Below are positions 12,801 through 26,325 of a stretch of DNA of 64,000 nt, one piece after another (position 1 is the stretch's first letter; the number at the start of each line of letters is the position of its first letter). The notes below the pieces were generated by a model that was given only the letters and a program-made list of their open reading frames with translations, was not told the origin of the DNA and searched no databases. The position numbers were made by a program, and so were the translations under genes. Source of the DNA: Octopus sinensis (lineage: Eukaryota); contig NW_021832440.1 of the NCBI RefSeq assembly GCF_006345805.1, positions 62,001 to 126,000 of the forward strand, in the 5' to 3' direction.

Positions 12801-15800
12801 TACCAACTCCTGCAGATTTTGAAAAAAATATAGATTTAATGAAGGTTATAAAAATATTTTAAACGTCAGACGATGTTAAAGGAGGTGGTATATAAAGAGG
12901 AACAACTCCAAGAGTTTGAAATGCTCATGGAAGATCCGAATGATCCGTGTGTGAAATCTATTCGAGGACAGTTAAGAGAATGCAAAGAAATTTTGAAAAA
13001 TAATAAACAATTTTTGGAGAAAAATATTAATAATATGGAAAAAACGAATCAAAAAATTCTTAATTTTTCTGAAAATTTTGAACGCGTCTCAGAAATCTTT
13101 AGAGACTTGTCGACGAATGTAGAAAATGACGAGTCTGGGCTTCGGGTAGTCTAATTTAATTTATAAAACAGATAAACGAGGAAAAAGCTAAAAAGTGTAT
13201 TCTAGCCATTAAAGACCTAATTAACGAAAATAAAAGCTTATGTATTTTGTCTTTTTCAGAAGAAACTGAATTCTGGGATAAACAGTGCCAGAATCTCCTT
13301 AAAACTGCCCAGTCCCACTTAAAAGATGTCCAGGACCGACTAGCGACTGCGAGGAGTAACAGAGAGACTGAGAACTGTCTGGCCAACACTATGCAGGAAA
13401 TGGTCAGCTGGACGAATAACGTTGAGAGAAACATGGCTTCTCAGTCAAATTGCAGTTCCCTCGATTTGCTAAAATCCCTGTGCACTTTTAAAGTATCCAT
13501 AGCTATTTTATTATACAGTTTATCGAGAATGAAATAAACGAAAAGAAAAAGTATTTGTTCATGCTAGAAGAGTCCATAAAGTCAGCCAATTCCTCCAATC
13601 TCAGCAAAATGTACACTATTCTGCGTTCCCGGATCGTGAAAATATACGAAAGAATTTGTTTAATGCAATCCGTTGTTTCCACTTGGTCAGAATATTTGAC
13701 CTTCAAACAACATATTCAAGTATTTTTGTTATGCAACATTTAAAATAGACCACAGAATGTACTTGGAGAGATCAAATCGATTCCTCGGATGAAACACAAT
13801 TAACAACAATGAATGTACATTTGGACGAATTGGACGTGGAACTAGAAAAATGGAAAAACTGTCCTTATGATCAGCAGAGTATGGATATGGTTTCAATATT
13901 ATCAAGAACTGGATCACAAATGTCTTTTAAGGTATCAAATTCTTATTTTCAATAACGTAAGAACGAAATTTCAAATGATGTCGCGATTTTAGAAAGTTTG
14001 CGAAATCAAATAAAACAGAGAAGGATTAGCATCGAAGAATCAAGCAACTTCCAAATACAATTCGAAACAGCTTGTGAAAGGCTACGTACGGAAGCGTTTC
14101 AATACAACAAAGAATTAAATTTATGCCGACCACAATCTCCCATTTTGATTAGTATTAATCAGTCTACACAACGTCTCAAGGTTTTATAACTAGCGTTATT
14201 AAATAAGATTATTGAGACGAACATAAATCGTAATTTTGAAGACTTGGAGGAATTGGAAAATTTTTTGAAGAATTATAAATTCGAAAAATTATTCTTAATT
14301 CGTGGCCGTTCGGCTCTGAAAGAGATACAGGCTGAGTATGATCAAATCAGAAGGGCGATTGGTCGTCTAGATATCAAATTGAAGGAAATCACTTCTGACT
14401 GGAACGAAGCAAACCAAATTCAACAGAAATTTGAAAACTTATTTCCCGCTTTAAATACAACTCAATTAAGCGACCAATCTAAGTCGTGCGATTTCTCTAG
14501 TGTAAATAAATTGCTTAAAGTTCAATTTTTTGATTTCTTTTAGAACTTTAACATTGACCTTGATCAATGCGACCGATTGGCGCAATCGCTTTCTGCTGTA
14601 TCTAGAAGATTGGGGACCAGACTTATGCAATTCGAAGTAAACCATATTCCTTACGAAGAATATATATTCGAAATTACAAATAAAGTCAGAGACGCCAGAA
14701 TTGTAGGAATTAACATAAACTAATTAGTGAGACAGACCGCGGATTTATATTTTCAAGAATTATCTAAGATGAAACAAATAATGAATACTTTTGTTTTTAA
14801 TAACGAGTGGTTGTCGACTAAAACTACTGAATATATGAATAAATTACAAGTTTTGGAGTATTCTACTCCAAAAGAAAAAATTGATCAGTTAGAGGTTAAA
14901 AAGTATATGGAAAGTCGTTTTTAGGAATTTGAGAAATACATTAAATCGTATCTCTTGAGAAATGTGGGAGATCACGACGATTACATAATTGAATTTGAAA
15001 AATGTCAACTCAAATGGCAAAGTCTTGTTGATTTAGTGAATGACTTTTACAAAAAATGTGATGATTTGAAAATACAAATAATGGTAGAAATATTCCAACT
15101 CCTTACCAATAAGGGACAAATAAAATTGGAGAGAACACGATTATCTGTCTGTGACCAATTTGAAGAAAAAATAAAGGAATTCAGTCGATTAGTACAGAAG
15201 ACCAGATCTCTTGTAGCAGAAGAAAACAAATTTACCTCTGAGTTAGATGTCAAAAAAATTGTTGAAAATATACAAGTAGAGTAAAAATACAATGCACGTT
15301 TAGGACTGTGACATGCTCATCAGCGAAGGAGAGAAATGTTTATGCGAATTGAAAGATCAATTGGTAGTTGTCCTTGAGTCCTCTAACAATGAGACAATGA
15401 ATAATGAAAACAACAGAATTTACAACTCTCTAATGAAAGAATGGGAAAACGTTGTAGCACAAAATCAGAGCAAAAGACAAAAATTTACCGAATTAATGGA
15501 AAAAAACAATAAAATCAGAGAAAAAGTTGTTGAATTGGATAGTTCTGGGATAGAAATAACCAGAACAATCTCTGAGTTGCAGAATGAGCGCCCTCCATTG
15601 ACAGAAGGTGGAAACCGTATCAAACAAGCACAGGTTGGAAAATTGAAGCTAATTTCAGATATTACGGAGAGCTCTCCTAGAACGCGAAAACACGATATTG
15701 TCGATTGAAGATGAAATAGCAGACTACTTACCCGACAACAAACTTGTCAAAAATAAGAACGAAGAAAACAAACAACAACTAATTTCACAGAGAGATATAA

Positions 15801-18800
15801 TAGACGTAAAAATATTAAATAAATGCCTAGGACATTTTGAATAGGTCTACCGCCTCAATAGTCAGGGGAAAAACTTTTGAAGCAAGTTTGTCAGAAAGGG
15901 AAGACGGTATACGGGAATTGACAAATTTGAACTCAAAAATCAAGTCTATTCCTCATGATATGGTGCATGCAGATAATATTGAATCACTGAGTCAAGTATT
16001 CTTTATGTTATATTGCAGCTTATTCACGATGGGTTGGAAAGAGAAAAGATTTTTAACACCCAAATGTCGCAAGAATTGACAGAAATAAGTGAAAATTGTC
16101 CTTTTGACTTGACTCAATTTACTGAGACACTTTCTCGACACACTCACACATTAAAATCTTTAGAAGACGAGAATACAAATACCAAGACAAAATTTGGTGA
16201 TTTAAAACATTTTCATTGGCAGAGTATTTGAATTCTGTCAAGAATGAATACTCTATCAAGATTCATGCTCTAAAAACGTGGCTTTCTGATTCGGACTCAT
16301 TATTTGGGAAAGAACAAAAATATATTTGCAAAAATATTGTAATCAGAATTATTTTGATTGAAAGGGTCAAGTATCTCGAGATTTTGATCAAATGGAGAAC
16401 TTATTGGACGAGATGTACAGTGAAAAATTTGTGAGTTGTTTGGGGAACAACTTGAACGAATTGAGAGATTTGAAGACTCAATTTAAAAATTTATCACTCA
16501 AAATAAAAGTATTTTTAACTTAACTAGTTTTCTAGGATTATGAAGAACATATTCGGCAACTTGAGCATAGTAATACAAAGGAGTACATTTCTGCCTACAC
16601 AGAGCTAGTCTTATGGCTTTCTGAAAAACGCAACGAAATTTACACCTGTGATCAGTACCCATTGGACTTAGATTTATCAATAGTTAACATGGAAGCGATT
16701 AGAGTTAGCAATTTACATAATCAAGTAGAATTTGATTGATAGCATTAGAATCGGTGAAAATAAACTGATTTATTTGCAAGATCATATAACGGCGCAGAGT
16801 GACATGCCAGGAGTGAATATTATTAATATGGAAGAACAGTACAACGCACTCGTCGTATTAGCACATGAAACAGCCCATAAGTTAAATACCCATGTCGCCA
16901 TGTGTCGCCGTCTAAAAACAGAGAGAGATGATGTTTACCGGGATATTGAAGAACTTGAAATGAGCTTGGGGTCTCTTATGGATGAGTCTATTTCATCTAA
17001 TGAACAGTTGTATACTTTCTTGACAAAGCTTGAGGTTTTGTATAAAAATATTTCAGAAATATGCTGAACAAAACTTCTTTTTGAAGAGAAAGATAGAAAC
17101 TCTCGTAAAGCAATATTTGACTGACGAATCAGTTCTTTTCGAGAAGATCGACAGGATTCAGTTCACAATAAACGTAAAACCTTTAATTTAAATGTTAGAA
17201 AAACAAGGACCACTGGCAATCACTCAAAGATGCGTCTGAAAACGTTAATAAATCGAAAAATGAATTCAATGCTCATTCTAACAAATTAACTTTTAAATCT
17301 AACGAAGAAGTTCCTAAAGAATCCGTAGAGGAATTGTTGCAATACAAAGAGGTTGTTTTAGAGTATATAAATGATTGACAGGAAATTGACAAACTACACA
17401 AAGCAACGAAAAACGAATTTGGTTTTTTTCAAAAGTCATGTGAACTTTTCTTTGATTTATTTGGCGAGAGTGCATTAAAATCTAGCATTTTGGAGGAATA
17501 TAAACTTGTGGAGGAAGAATGGACGAAATTGGACAGTAAATGTAGTGATATGTCAAATAGTATTGAGTGTATAATTCACAAGTTGTATTTATAAAGTGGA
17601 GAATTCTTAGATTGGGGCAATTCAAAATAATGGAAACTGATTCCATCCATTGGATGAACGCAATGGAACTATCTCTGCATAACATGGAAGAATCTGGAGC
17701 CAATACAGAAGACATCAAAGTCAAGTCAAACTGATTTCACGTTCTAGGGATTTTTAAAGGCATCACAGTTATACGAACCAAATATACAGAGATTAACTCA
17801 ATGTGTTGCAGTTTTACGTAACTCGCCGATCCATTTCAGAATTACAACACAGATTCCTGAAAACTTTGAATTTCTAATTTCAAGAGCTAGGGTATTCAGA
17901 CTAAGCAGGACCTTTAGAATTTATTAAAACTCAATAATGAGAAAAATAGTAAAGTTTCCAGATTAGTGGAGTCTATAAATCATATTTTAAAGGAGATTTC
18001 AGGTTGCGAACCGTTTTTTGGAAAATCTCTTCCACTGGATTCTCGCATGAAAATTCTATCCGTTTATATTTTTTAATAATCTGTAGGCTAAATTGCAATT
18101 GATGAAGGATATTGGGAGTAGAATTGACTTGATTGTACAATCTATTCAAGATGATGATGATTTGAGAAGAATACTCAAACCAAAGTTGGATAGTCTTATC
18201 GATGAGTATCAAAAAATAGGGAAAACTATTAAAGAAATGCAAGTTAGCAGAATTTGATAAATATTGTTAGGATTTGGCTGAGCTGGAATTTTCCAATCTT
18301 GATTCTGTGTCCCGCAGTTACGAAGAGTACTTTGAGTACCTCGATGTTCATCTTCCTCAGAATATTCAGATGATCACTTCCACAAAATTAACAAATATTG
18401 AGGATGCCAGTAAGTTAGGAAACGAACTAAAAGTCAGCTATTTCTGTATTATACTTAAGATCACATTGGAAAATCTAATTAAGAAGAAAAATAGATTAAA
18501 GGGTCTTACTCAGCAGTTCGAAGGAAATATAGCTCAGCCAAACTTCCAAAAAGTATCATTTGTTTTTGCTAACCGGAAAAGGATATGGCGACTGGCAGCA
18601 AAGAGCAGATCGAAAAAATTGGCAAGTCTCTTGACTTATACAGCTTAAAAGAACTGATTGAAAAAACCACCAAACTGTCGGAAATGCATAAAATTAAAGT
18701 TTTTGGTGATTAAAACATTCTTACTAGTTGGAATCTTTAATTGACCAGAACAACAATATAATCAAAGAATGGAATAGACTAAATATAAAAGAAAATCAAA

Positions 18801-19380
18801 TCAAATTGTGTCTTGTGGATCTTGAAGACCATTTGATACAATTGAATGAAGCAGATAGTCTTTATATCGAGGGACATACACCAATGTCAATTGTTTTAGC
18901 ATTTCGGATCATTCTTTTAGAGAGAAAAGTTTTCAAACTTGATTAAAGAACAAGGACGACAACTAACATTACTTGAGAGAGAATACACTCAATTTGCTAA
19001 TAATTTTTCTAATGTAAACCGCAAAGACTTTGCAGATCTAAGACGAATCTATTACTCGGTACTCTCACAGGTTATATTTATGTTTGATTATTTACATTTT
19101 GAAATTATAAAAGTCATAGATCAATGACATCCCGGTGTTAAAGAAACAAGTAAAAAACAGCGTAAAAAACATGGGAACTCAATTTGGCCGCAAGAAGCAT
19201 TCAAGTCGTGACAACAAACGAACGATTTTATTAAGAAAAATAATCAAATCTGTGAAGGAGACCAATCCATTAAAAGAATTTGATCTAAAATATGGGAGTC
19301 TACTAAATCATGAGAATATGGGTCCGACAGTCTTTTTTAACTTGGATAATCTGATAAAAGAATATCTTTCAAATGAATGA
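9883..19380 (+). CDS. SYNE1: Nesprin-1/MSP300-like protein: tandem N-terminal CH domains plus a long spectrin-repeat/coiled-coil rod (dozens of micro-introns, roughly 2,700 aa)
   Basis: CH1 QKKVFTRWLN...VKLVNINPSDLIEGKHSIILGLLWSIILKYQI has the nesprin-type SI(I/V)LGL rather than the dystrophin/plectin KLTLGL. CH2 ends DVDVEKPDEKSIMAYIS. The junctions I traced at the 5' end and across the 3' third splice in frame with GT-AG micro-introns. Confidence 0.8.
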
Positions 19381-19471
19381 AATTAATTTAGTGACTAAAT
19401 TTAATTATTTTCTAACACTGAATTAATTAATTTTGAATAGTTAATTTAAATTGAAAAATGTAATTATTTTA

Positions 19472-20367
19472 ATGGAAGAGTTAGAAGCATTAGTGGCGAT
19501 ATATGATAATCAAATCACTGAGTTAAACTATACAACTCGAAGCTGTACAGTTAATATTAATACAAAAGAATTTAATTTTAAATTTCAAGTAATAATTAAT
19601 ATTTCAGATCATAGATATACTTACCAGATGAATATCCAAATATCGAGCCTACTTATAAATTCGAGTTTGAAATAAATTAATATTTAGGTCTGGTGATAAA
19701 GAAATAAGTTCAAAACTATTGTACAAATTCCATCAACTCTACAAGTAGGCTGATAAAATTATAAATCAAGATCAAATCCGCATGGCGGATATCTTCCACT
19801 CTGTGTAGAAGCAGCCGGTCAAATGGCCATGGGTTTTGCTTTAATATCAGAAGAAAGCAAGTCACCTGAATGCAATGTCCCCATCTCTTTAGAGAATTGT
19901 GAGAAAATACACATTTATCACAGCTCAGTCCTAACAGTCAAAAAGAGCAAGTTCCAGAGTCATCTGTCTTTTATATCTTGTCAAAACGATGTTTGAATAG
20001 TTAATTATTTATTTCATAGGTAAAGGAAATGCTCGACCAATTACTTAATGACGGGAGGATAGAAAGTGCAACTCATAACATACAAGCACATCGGTAGTCT
20101 TTTTTCAACATTTCCGTAAGGATATTAGTTAGAGATGGATTGATTTCTGAGGGGTGTGACGACGATGGAGAAAAGAAGGCAGGTCTACGGCTTTTGGTTC
20201 TTCTACAGGTTATTTAGGGACCTCAGATGTGATAGAGGATGCAGGTGGTTAATGTCGCAGTGGTCGTTTCTCGGTGGTACGGAGGGATCCATTTGGGACC
20301 AACTCGTTTTAAAATAATAAACGATATTGCTCACGAGTTGATTTCAAGTATATACGATCATTCTTAA
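19472..20367 (+). CDS. IMPACT: Protein IMPACT (RWD + UPF0029 domains)
   Basis: MEELEALVAIY, LPDEYP, KKSKFQSH, ATHNIQAHR, CDDDGEKKAG and VVVSRWYGGIHLGPTRFKIIN after removing 6 micro-introns. Confidence 0.92.
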
Positions 20368-20432
20368 TATTTATTACTGTAATCTATATTTCTTTGACGA
20401 TATTTGATTTTAAATAATTGGATTTTCATATA

Positions 20433-22066
20433 CAGTGGGGCAAAAAAGTCATGGCACCTTTGCAAATTTTGACTAAATTTAACAATTCTTTCAAAAAAAT
20501 TATTAAATACATTACTTAAAAAAATAAATTAGTAATATAGAACTTTTTAGATAAATTATTAAAAAAACTATCTTAAAGGGAATTATTAATAGTGCACTAA
20601 TTAACGATTTATTTTTAAAAGTCAATTTTTTGAGGGAAAAAAGTAATGGCACGAAATCCAATTAATATTTAGTTGCATTCCTTTTGCTAGCAGAACTGCT
20701 TCCAATCGTTTTTGTAAGAAAAAATTAGTTTTTGACATTCTACTTTAGAAATATTTTTCCATTCTTTGTAGCAAATTGTTTTTAATTCCTGGATATTTTT
20801 TGGTTTTCTTAAGCCAACTTTTATTTTTAATATTTCCCTAAGTTTTCGATGGGATTCAGGTCTGGCGATTGACTTGGCCATTCCAAACATTTATTTTGTT
20901 TTTTTCTAACCATTTAACGGTTACTTTTGACTTGTGCTTAGGATCGTTGTCATGCTGGAATGTCCAATGTTGTGTTAAATTTAAGTTCGCGACCGAAGGT
21001 AAAAGACATTTCCCCAAAATTTCGCAATATTTAAGAGAATTCATCATTCCATCAATTACAAATAGTTCACCAACACCTGTTGATGAAAAACAACCCCACA
21101 ACATGATACTACCTCCCCCGTGCTTTACGGTAGGTATGGTGCATTTTGGGATATACGCCTGATTTGATTTGCGCCAAATTGAAAGCGTGTAGTTCAGTCC
21201 GAAAAGTTGTATTTTTGATTCGTCCGACCACAAAATATTGTTTATGAATTCATTTTCTTTGTTCAAAAGATTTTTTGCATATTGGATTCGCGCTGAAAGG
21301 TGTATTTTCTTTAATAACGGAACTCGACGGGGCCTTCGCTTATTGATACCTTCTTTGCGTAGTGTAGAAGTGATTGTACGAAGGGACACTGACGTTCCTG
21401 TGATTTTTAAATTATCGGCCAATTCTTTTCGAGTTATTTTTGGGTTTGAAGTAACTAATCTTTTCATTAATGAAGAAGAACGCAGAGATATCTTTTTTGG
21501 AGCACCCGATCTTGGTTATTAATAACAGTTCCGCGTTGCTTCCATCGAGTAATAATATTTCGAACAGTACTTTTTGGTAATATCAACAATTTAGAAATCT
21601 CTCCATAACTTTTACCGTTTTGGTGGGCAGTTACAACTCGTTGTTTTAGGTCCAAAGAATGCTCTTTCCTCATCGACGAGATAATTTTAATAAAAGGCGA
21701 AAAATAAAAGTATATTTATACTAATCGGAATCTACTAATCAATTATATTAATAGAACTAAGAATCAATTATTTCAAAGAAAAAACAAGGCACCAAAAGAT
21801 AATCATTTGTATCTTATTGTCAAAAAAATCCATATTTTTGATAGTGTCATCACTTTTTTACACATCAAATTTGACGTTTTTCTAAATATGCAGCAAAAAC
21901 AATTATATTTATTTGAAATTCATGAATATAATTAGCACGAAATGGGTTCAAAAGAATGCAAGATTTTATTGTGTAGCATGATGAACTAAATCGAAAAAGT
22001 TATCATTGTAAAAATATATTGAATTAAAAAAAATGATAGGTGTGCCATGACTTATTTGCCCCACTG
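20433..22066 (-). mobile_element. Full-length Tc1 (DD34E) transposon with IR/DR ends; transposase at 21673-20662 with single-base frameshifts
   Basis: TIR CAGTGGGGCAAA(A/T)AAGTCATGGCAC, TA TSDs (20431-20432, 22067-22068), inner direct repeats at ~20637-20652 and ~21844-21859, and motifs WSDESK, QHDNDPKH and SPDLNPIEN. Confidence 0.95.
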
Positions 22067-22322
22067 TAGATCAAGAATATCATTTAAAGGGAATCGTTTT
22101 AAATATGTAGGTCAGATATAATCGTGCTAGTTCATTTAAGTCCCAATTAAAATTTATCTTTACGTGAAAATTGTATTATTCCATATCAACGATGTTATAA
22201 GATTTTTATTTAAAGTATATTTAGATAAAATTTAAACAATATTCTGACGATAAAATAAAAAGCATAATTAATCAAGTAATTCTAAGTCTATAAAATAGTA
22301 ACCATAGCAAGTGATTTGCCTA

Positions 22323-24713
22323 ATGAACTATGAAGGTGAGTGTGAGACACTCAATACAAACGAGAAAGAATCATTTCTCACTTGTTTAAAAGAAGCCGTC
22401 ACATCTCTTCGGGCAAACATTCAATTTTATTTATCGACAGAGTGCAACTGTGGGACTTGGAAAATTCGAACATTTCATAGACGTAAATGCAAGAGAAGAT
22501 GAACAGAATTTGGAGACATTCTCAGTTTCAACATTAAGTGTATAAATGAAAATAATATGTTAAGGGAAGTGGGGATTTGAATCAAGTTAACGAAGAAAGT
22601 ATGTGTATATAAATGCATAAAAATTAGATTGCAGTAAACAAATTGTTTTATCAGAAGAAAACGTTTCCAAATTAATAAATTTATTTAAGAACCAAGACCA
22701 AGTCACAAGATTAATGTTTGACATTGAAAACGAAATTAAAAAATCCCATGCAATCCGGAATCAAAAGATCTCTCCTTCAACAACCCTTCCCGTAGACTAT
22801 GATTTGGTAATATCCACTATCCTATTGAAACAAGAACATTCCTGGCAAGTTAGATCAAATTACACCAAATAAATTTTCGAATCCTATGGAAATAGTTCAA
22901 AAAGCAAAAATTGAAAATCTAGTCAAGCAGAATGAAAACTATAGAAACCTGTACATTGAAGTATAATTTTTTAACTTAAGTTATAGAGTTCTACTGAGTT
23001 GAGATCATTAAGAGAACTTATTCGTGAAAAGACCAATAATATTGAGACTATCAAAAACCGAGTAAATATAAGTTAAACAAACTAAAGATCAAAACTATGA
23101 AAGAAGAAATCGAAAATAAGGACAAGAAAATAATGTCACTAGAATATCGACTGAGTCAACAGCAAAGTAAATTTCAGAATCGAAAGGCCCAGTTAGAGTA
23201 TCAAAGTAGTTATTGACACTATCCATCGTTAGTTGATATAGCCAAGAAAAAAACGAGAGAAAAGTACGAAGGAAATTGTGAAATGGATGATGTAGACTCA
23301 AACGAGGATTTGAAAAGCGAATATGACCAGTTGAAGATAGAGAATACTAAACTGAAAGAGAAGGCTTCTGTTTTACTTGGTTAATGATTTGTAGAAACTA
23401 GAAGATAAATTAAAGAAAAAGCAGGACCTCTCGAAGCAAGCAAAAATTTGTAAGGAAGAATGTCAGTGTTTGCAAGAACAGATCAATAAAATAAAACAAC
23501 AACATTTACTGGAGGATTCTCGCTGTAATCTTATTGAAAGCAAAATAAATGATTCAAACAGCAATTTATGTGAGCTAGAAAACAACATTTTGGAACTAAA
23601 GACAGAGTATTATAATCTTCAAGTAATCAAATTTAAATTGAAAATATTTTTAGGCAAAAAAAGAATTTGATTCCGAAAAAATGGAACACCCTCAATTGGT
23701 GAGATAAGTTTAATTTGTCAATAATTAGATGGATAAGGTAAAAAAAGAAAAAAACGACATGAAAATAAAATATAATCAAATTAGTGCTGAAAATGAAGTG
23801 ATTTTTGTCATAAACACTCATAGATGTTAAAGTCTAAGGAGCAACAAACAAATAAAAACTTTGAAGAAAGAGAAGCCGAGTTATCAAAGCAATTAGAAGA
23901 ACATAAAATGATAATAGCATATTTAAAGGTTGTATGTTTTTGAAATGGAGTCTGTTAGAATAAATATAAAGAAAGTCAGAATTTTGATGAATCAAATCTT
24001 ATTGAGCAGAGAGTAGAACTGTAATTTTAATGATATCCAAGAAACAGCAATTTGAGATGGAGATCCGGAATAAGCAGCAAATGTACGACCTCGTTGCTGA
24101 AAACAACCGATTGAGAAAATCTGGGGAAGAAATAAGAATGAACCATATGAATGATCAAGTGCGATATCTTCATCAGAGACTAGACGAGTCCTAGTTACTA
24201 TAATTACTATGCAGTTGTGAGTTGACAGTCGATCAACTACAGGACAATACTACCTCATCTCTGAAAGAAGCTTTGTCAAAAACATTAAGGTTTTTAATAA
24301 TTTAAATATGCAGAATGCAACATCAACTGAGAGACCTCAGTAAAGTTACCGCGGAAATTAAATCATCAGACCAAGTATTGAACATTATTGATATTATAGT
24401 CTATCATAAGAAACCTCGAAAATGTTAAGCGGACGGACTCTCGATATTTAAAGGACCTACAAGAATCTATAGAACACTGTCAGGTTGATCATTTCTTGTG
24501 TTTAATGAGCCCCAGAGAGAAATCAATGGAATACAGTACTCATTTGGCGAAGCTAAAAATTCTTATGGGGTTTATAATAATTAATCAACAAAATAGGACG
24601 ACTATTTCGAAAAAGTGAGGGCAATCGAGTCACGATCCATCAGGTATAAAATCTAAACACAAAGTGCCAGACTGAGAGAGTTAATCCAAGAAATACGATA
24701 TGACATATCTTGA
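22323..24713 (+). CDS. Uncharacterised coiled-coil protein (many micro-introns)
   Basis: The frame can be carried through successive GT-AG micro-introns; it is E/K/Q/L-rich heptad sequence ending ...RLRELIQEIRYDIS*. No family recognised. Confidence 0.7.
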
Positions 24714-24842
24714 TTAATCTAATTAAACACGATGACCATTATTGGAAAATGTTCTTATCGACATTGATAAAAAATATATAGTAAAAATACATTATTTCAT
24801 CGACCAGCTCAATAAATTAGCATTCATTAAATAAGATATTAA

Positions 24843-25485
24843 TCAATCAACAAACCGAACACTCATTTTTTTATTGGAATCCACACTTTTCAAGGCCTGA
24901 AAATAAATCCCAAAACTTACCAATTTAAACTCCTCGAATGTGATGACTTGATCTCCGTCAACGTCAACTTCGAGCATAGTCCTAGTGGCAATACTCAGAA
25001 GTTGATCCTCTGACATGTTTGAACCAACCATCATCCTCAAAATAGTCAACAAATCGCTTAGACCGATGTAACCCCTCCCTTCCATGTCATACAACGAAAA
25101 AGCGACTAATATAACCATCACAACTAGTACATCTTAGCTTTGAATCTCCAGAGTTCAGAAGGTTAGTGTCAGAATCATAAATTGGTTGGAAACAAGCCAA
25201 CGTGCATAAAAATTGGTTAAAGTCTATGAATTTCTCGTTATTCGGAAAGAAGGCGTATATTATTCTGTCTCGGATAGGGTTTATTTCGAGCTCAGGAATT
25301 CGGTGTAAATCCTCGGGGCTTAAATATCCCTGACCCGACTTGTCCAATATCAAAAACCTATTATATAAACGTAAGATTTGTTTCTTTCCGACTGTGAACG
25401 TTATCTAAAAATGAATACAGCCTGTCTTGGTTGATAAATGGGAAATTTCCTCATCACTAAGGCGACACGAGATCCATGATCCCAT
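24843..25485 (-). CDS. CHP1: Calcineurin B homologous protein (EF-hand, N-myristoylation-type MG start)
   Basis: MGSWISCRLSDEEI..., RIPELEINPIRDRIIYAFF, FAFSLYD, LRMMVGSNMSEDQLLSIATRT and KMSVRF; 3 micro-introns. Confidence 0.92.
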
Positions 25486-26325
25486 ACCAATACAAAAACC
25501 TACAACAAATAAAATACTTGTATATTTATTATAATTAAAATATAACACATATTGAAAAAATAAATATCAAATAAATAGAATCGGTTTTTTTGGTTAGCTC
25601 GGCAGCTCGCTTCGCTTACCGCAACCTAGCTCATGCTGAGGGTCTGTTTCATCAAACAACTATAAGTTTATGTAAACATATTAAACGACCTGGTTTGATG
25701 TGACTCTATTCTAACGCCTGTTGATAAACGATGTTTGTTGTTCGTCCTTCCTTGGCATTATATATGAATAAATTTTCTCTTCTACCTACCCTTGTGCATC
25801 CCACATACAGCTGTTCACGGGGAAAGCAGTCGCTCTCTAAAAATTAACTACCTTAAACGACTGTCGCTAGACCTTGTTTATTTTCATCGCAAAACTTATC
25901 TTTGGCGAAAATTGCAGCCTTTTAAAACTCATCTTCAACGGAAACAGACAAAATAACAAAAACACCAGATAAATAACAGACACATCAGATAACTAACACA
26001 TTGAATAGATAACAAAAAATTAAGTTGGCAAAAAAACATCATCAAAGAAGCAGCAGGCAAAGAAGCAACAAGGAACGAATTGAGAAAGTGAAAATTAACA
26101 GTTTTAATTAAATACCTTAAACTCAACTTTTTTTTCTTCAGCTTCGTTTTCTTTTCTTCAGCTCCGTTTTCCTCCTTGCGTTAATTCGAATAATAAAAAA
26201 GATTAGGAGACGAAGCATACTGAAAATAAATTCAATCTTTACAAAAAACTAAATAAATAATTAATATTTTTATTCTTCTAATTGCCTGTCAGTTGAGGGT
26301 CAATTGTGTTTATAATTGTGCTAAT

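Noticed and set aside
18886-18925. Hydrophobic stretch SIVLAFRIILL as a nesprin transmembrane segment
   Set aside because: It is the translation of a 28-nt intron (gttttagc...cttttag); splicing removes it and restores the frame.
9883-19380. Alternative genetic code or stop readthrough to explain the fragmented ORFs
   Set aside because: Every in-frame stop I traced in host genes falls inside a GT-AG micro-intron, and all three standard stops terminate genes.
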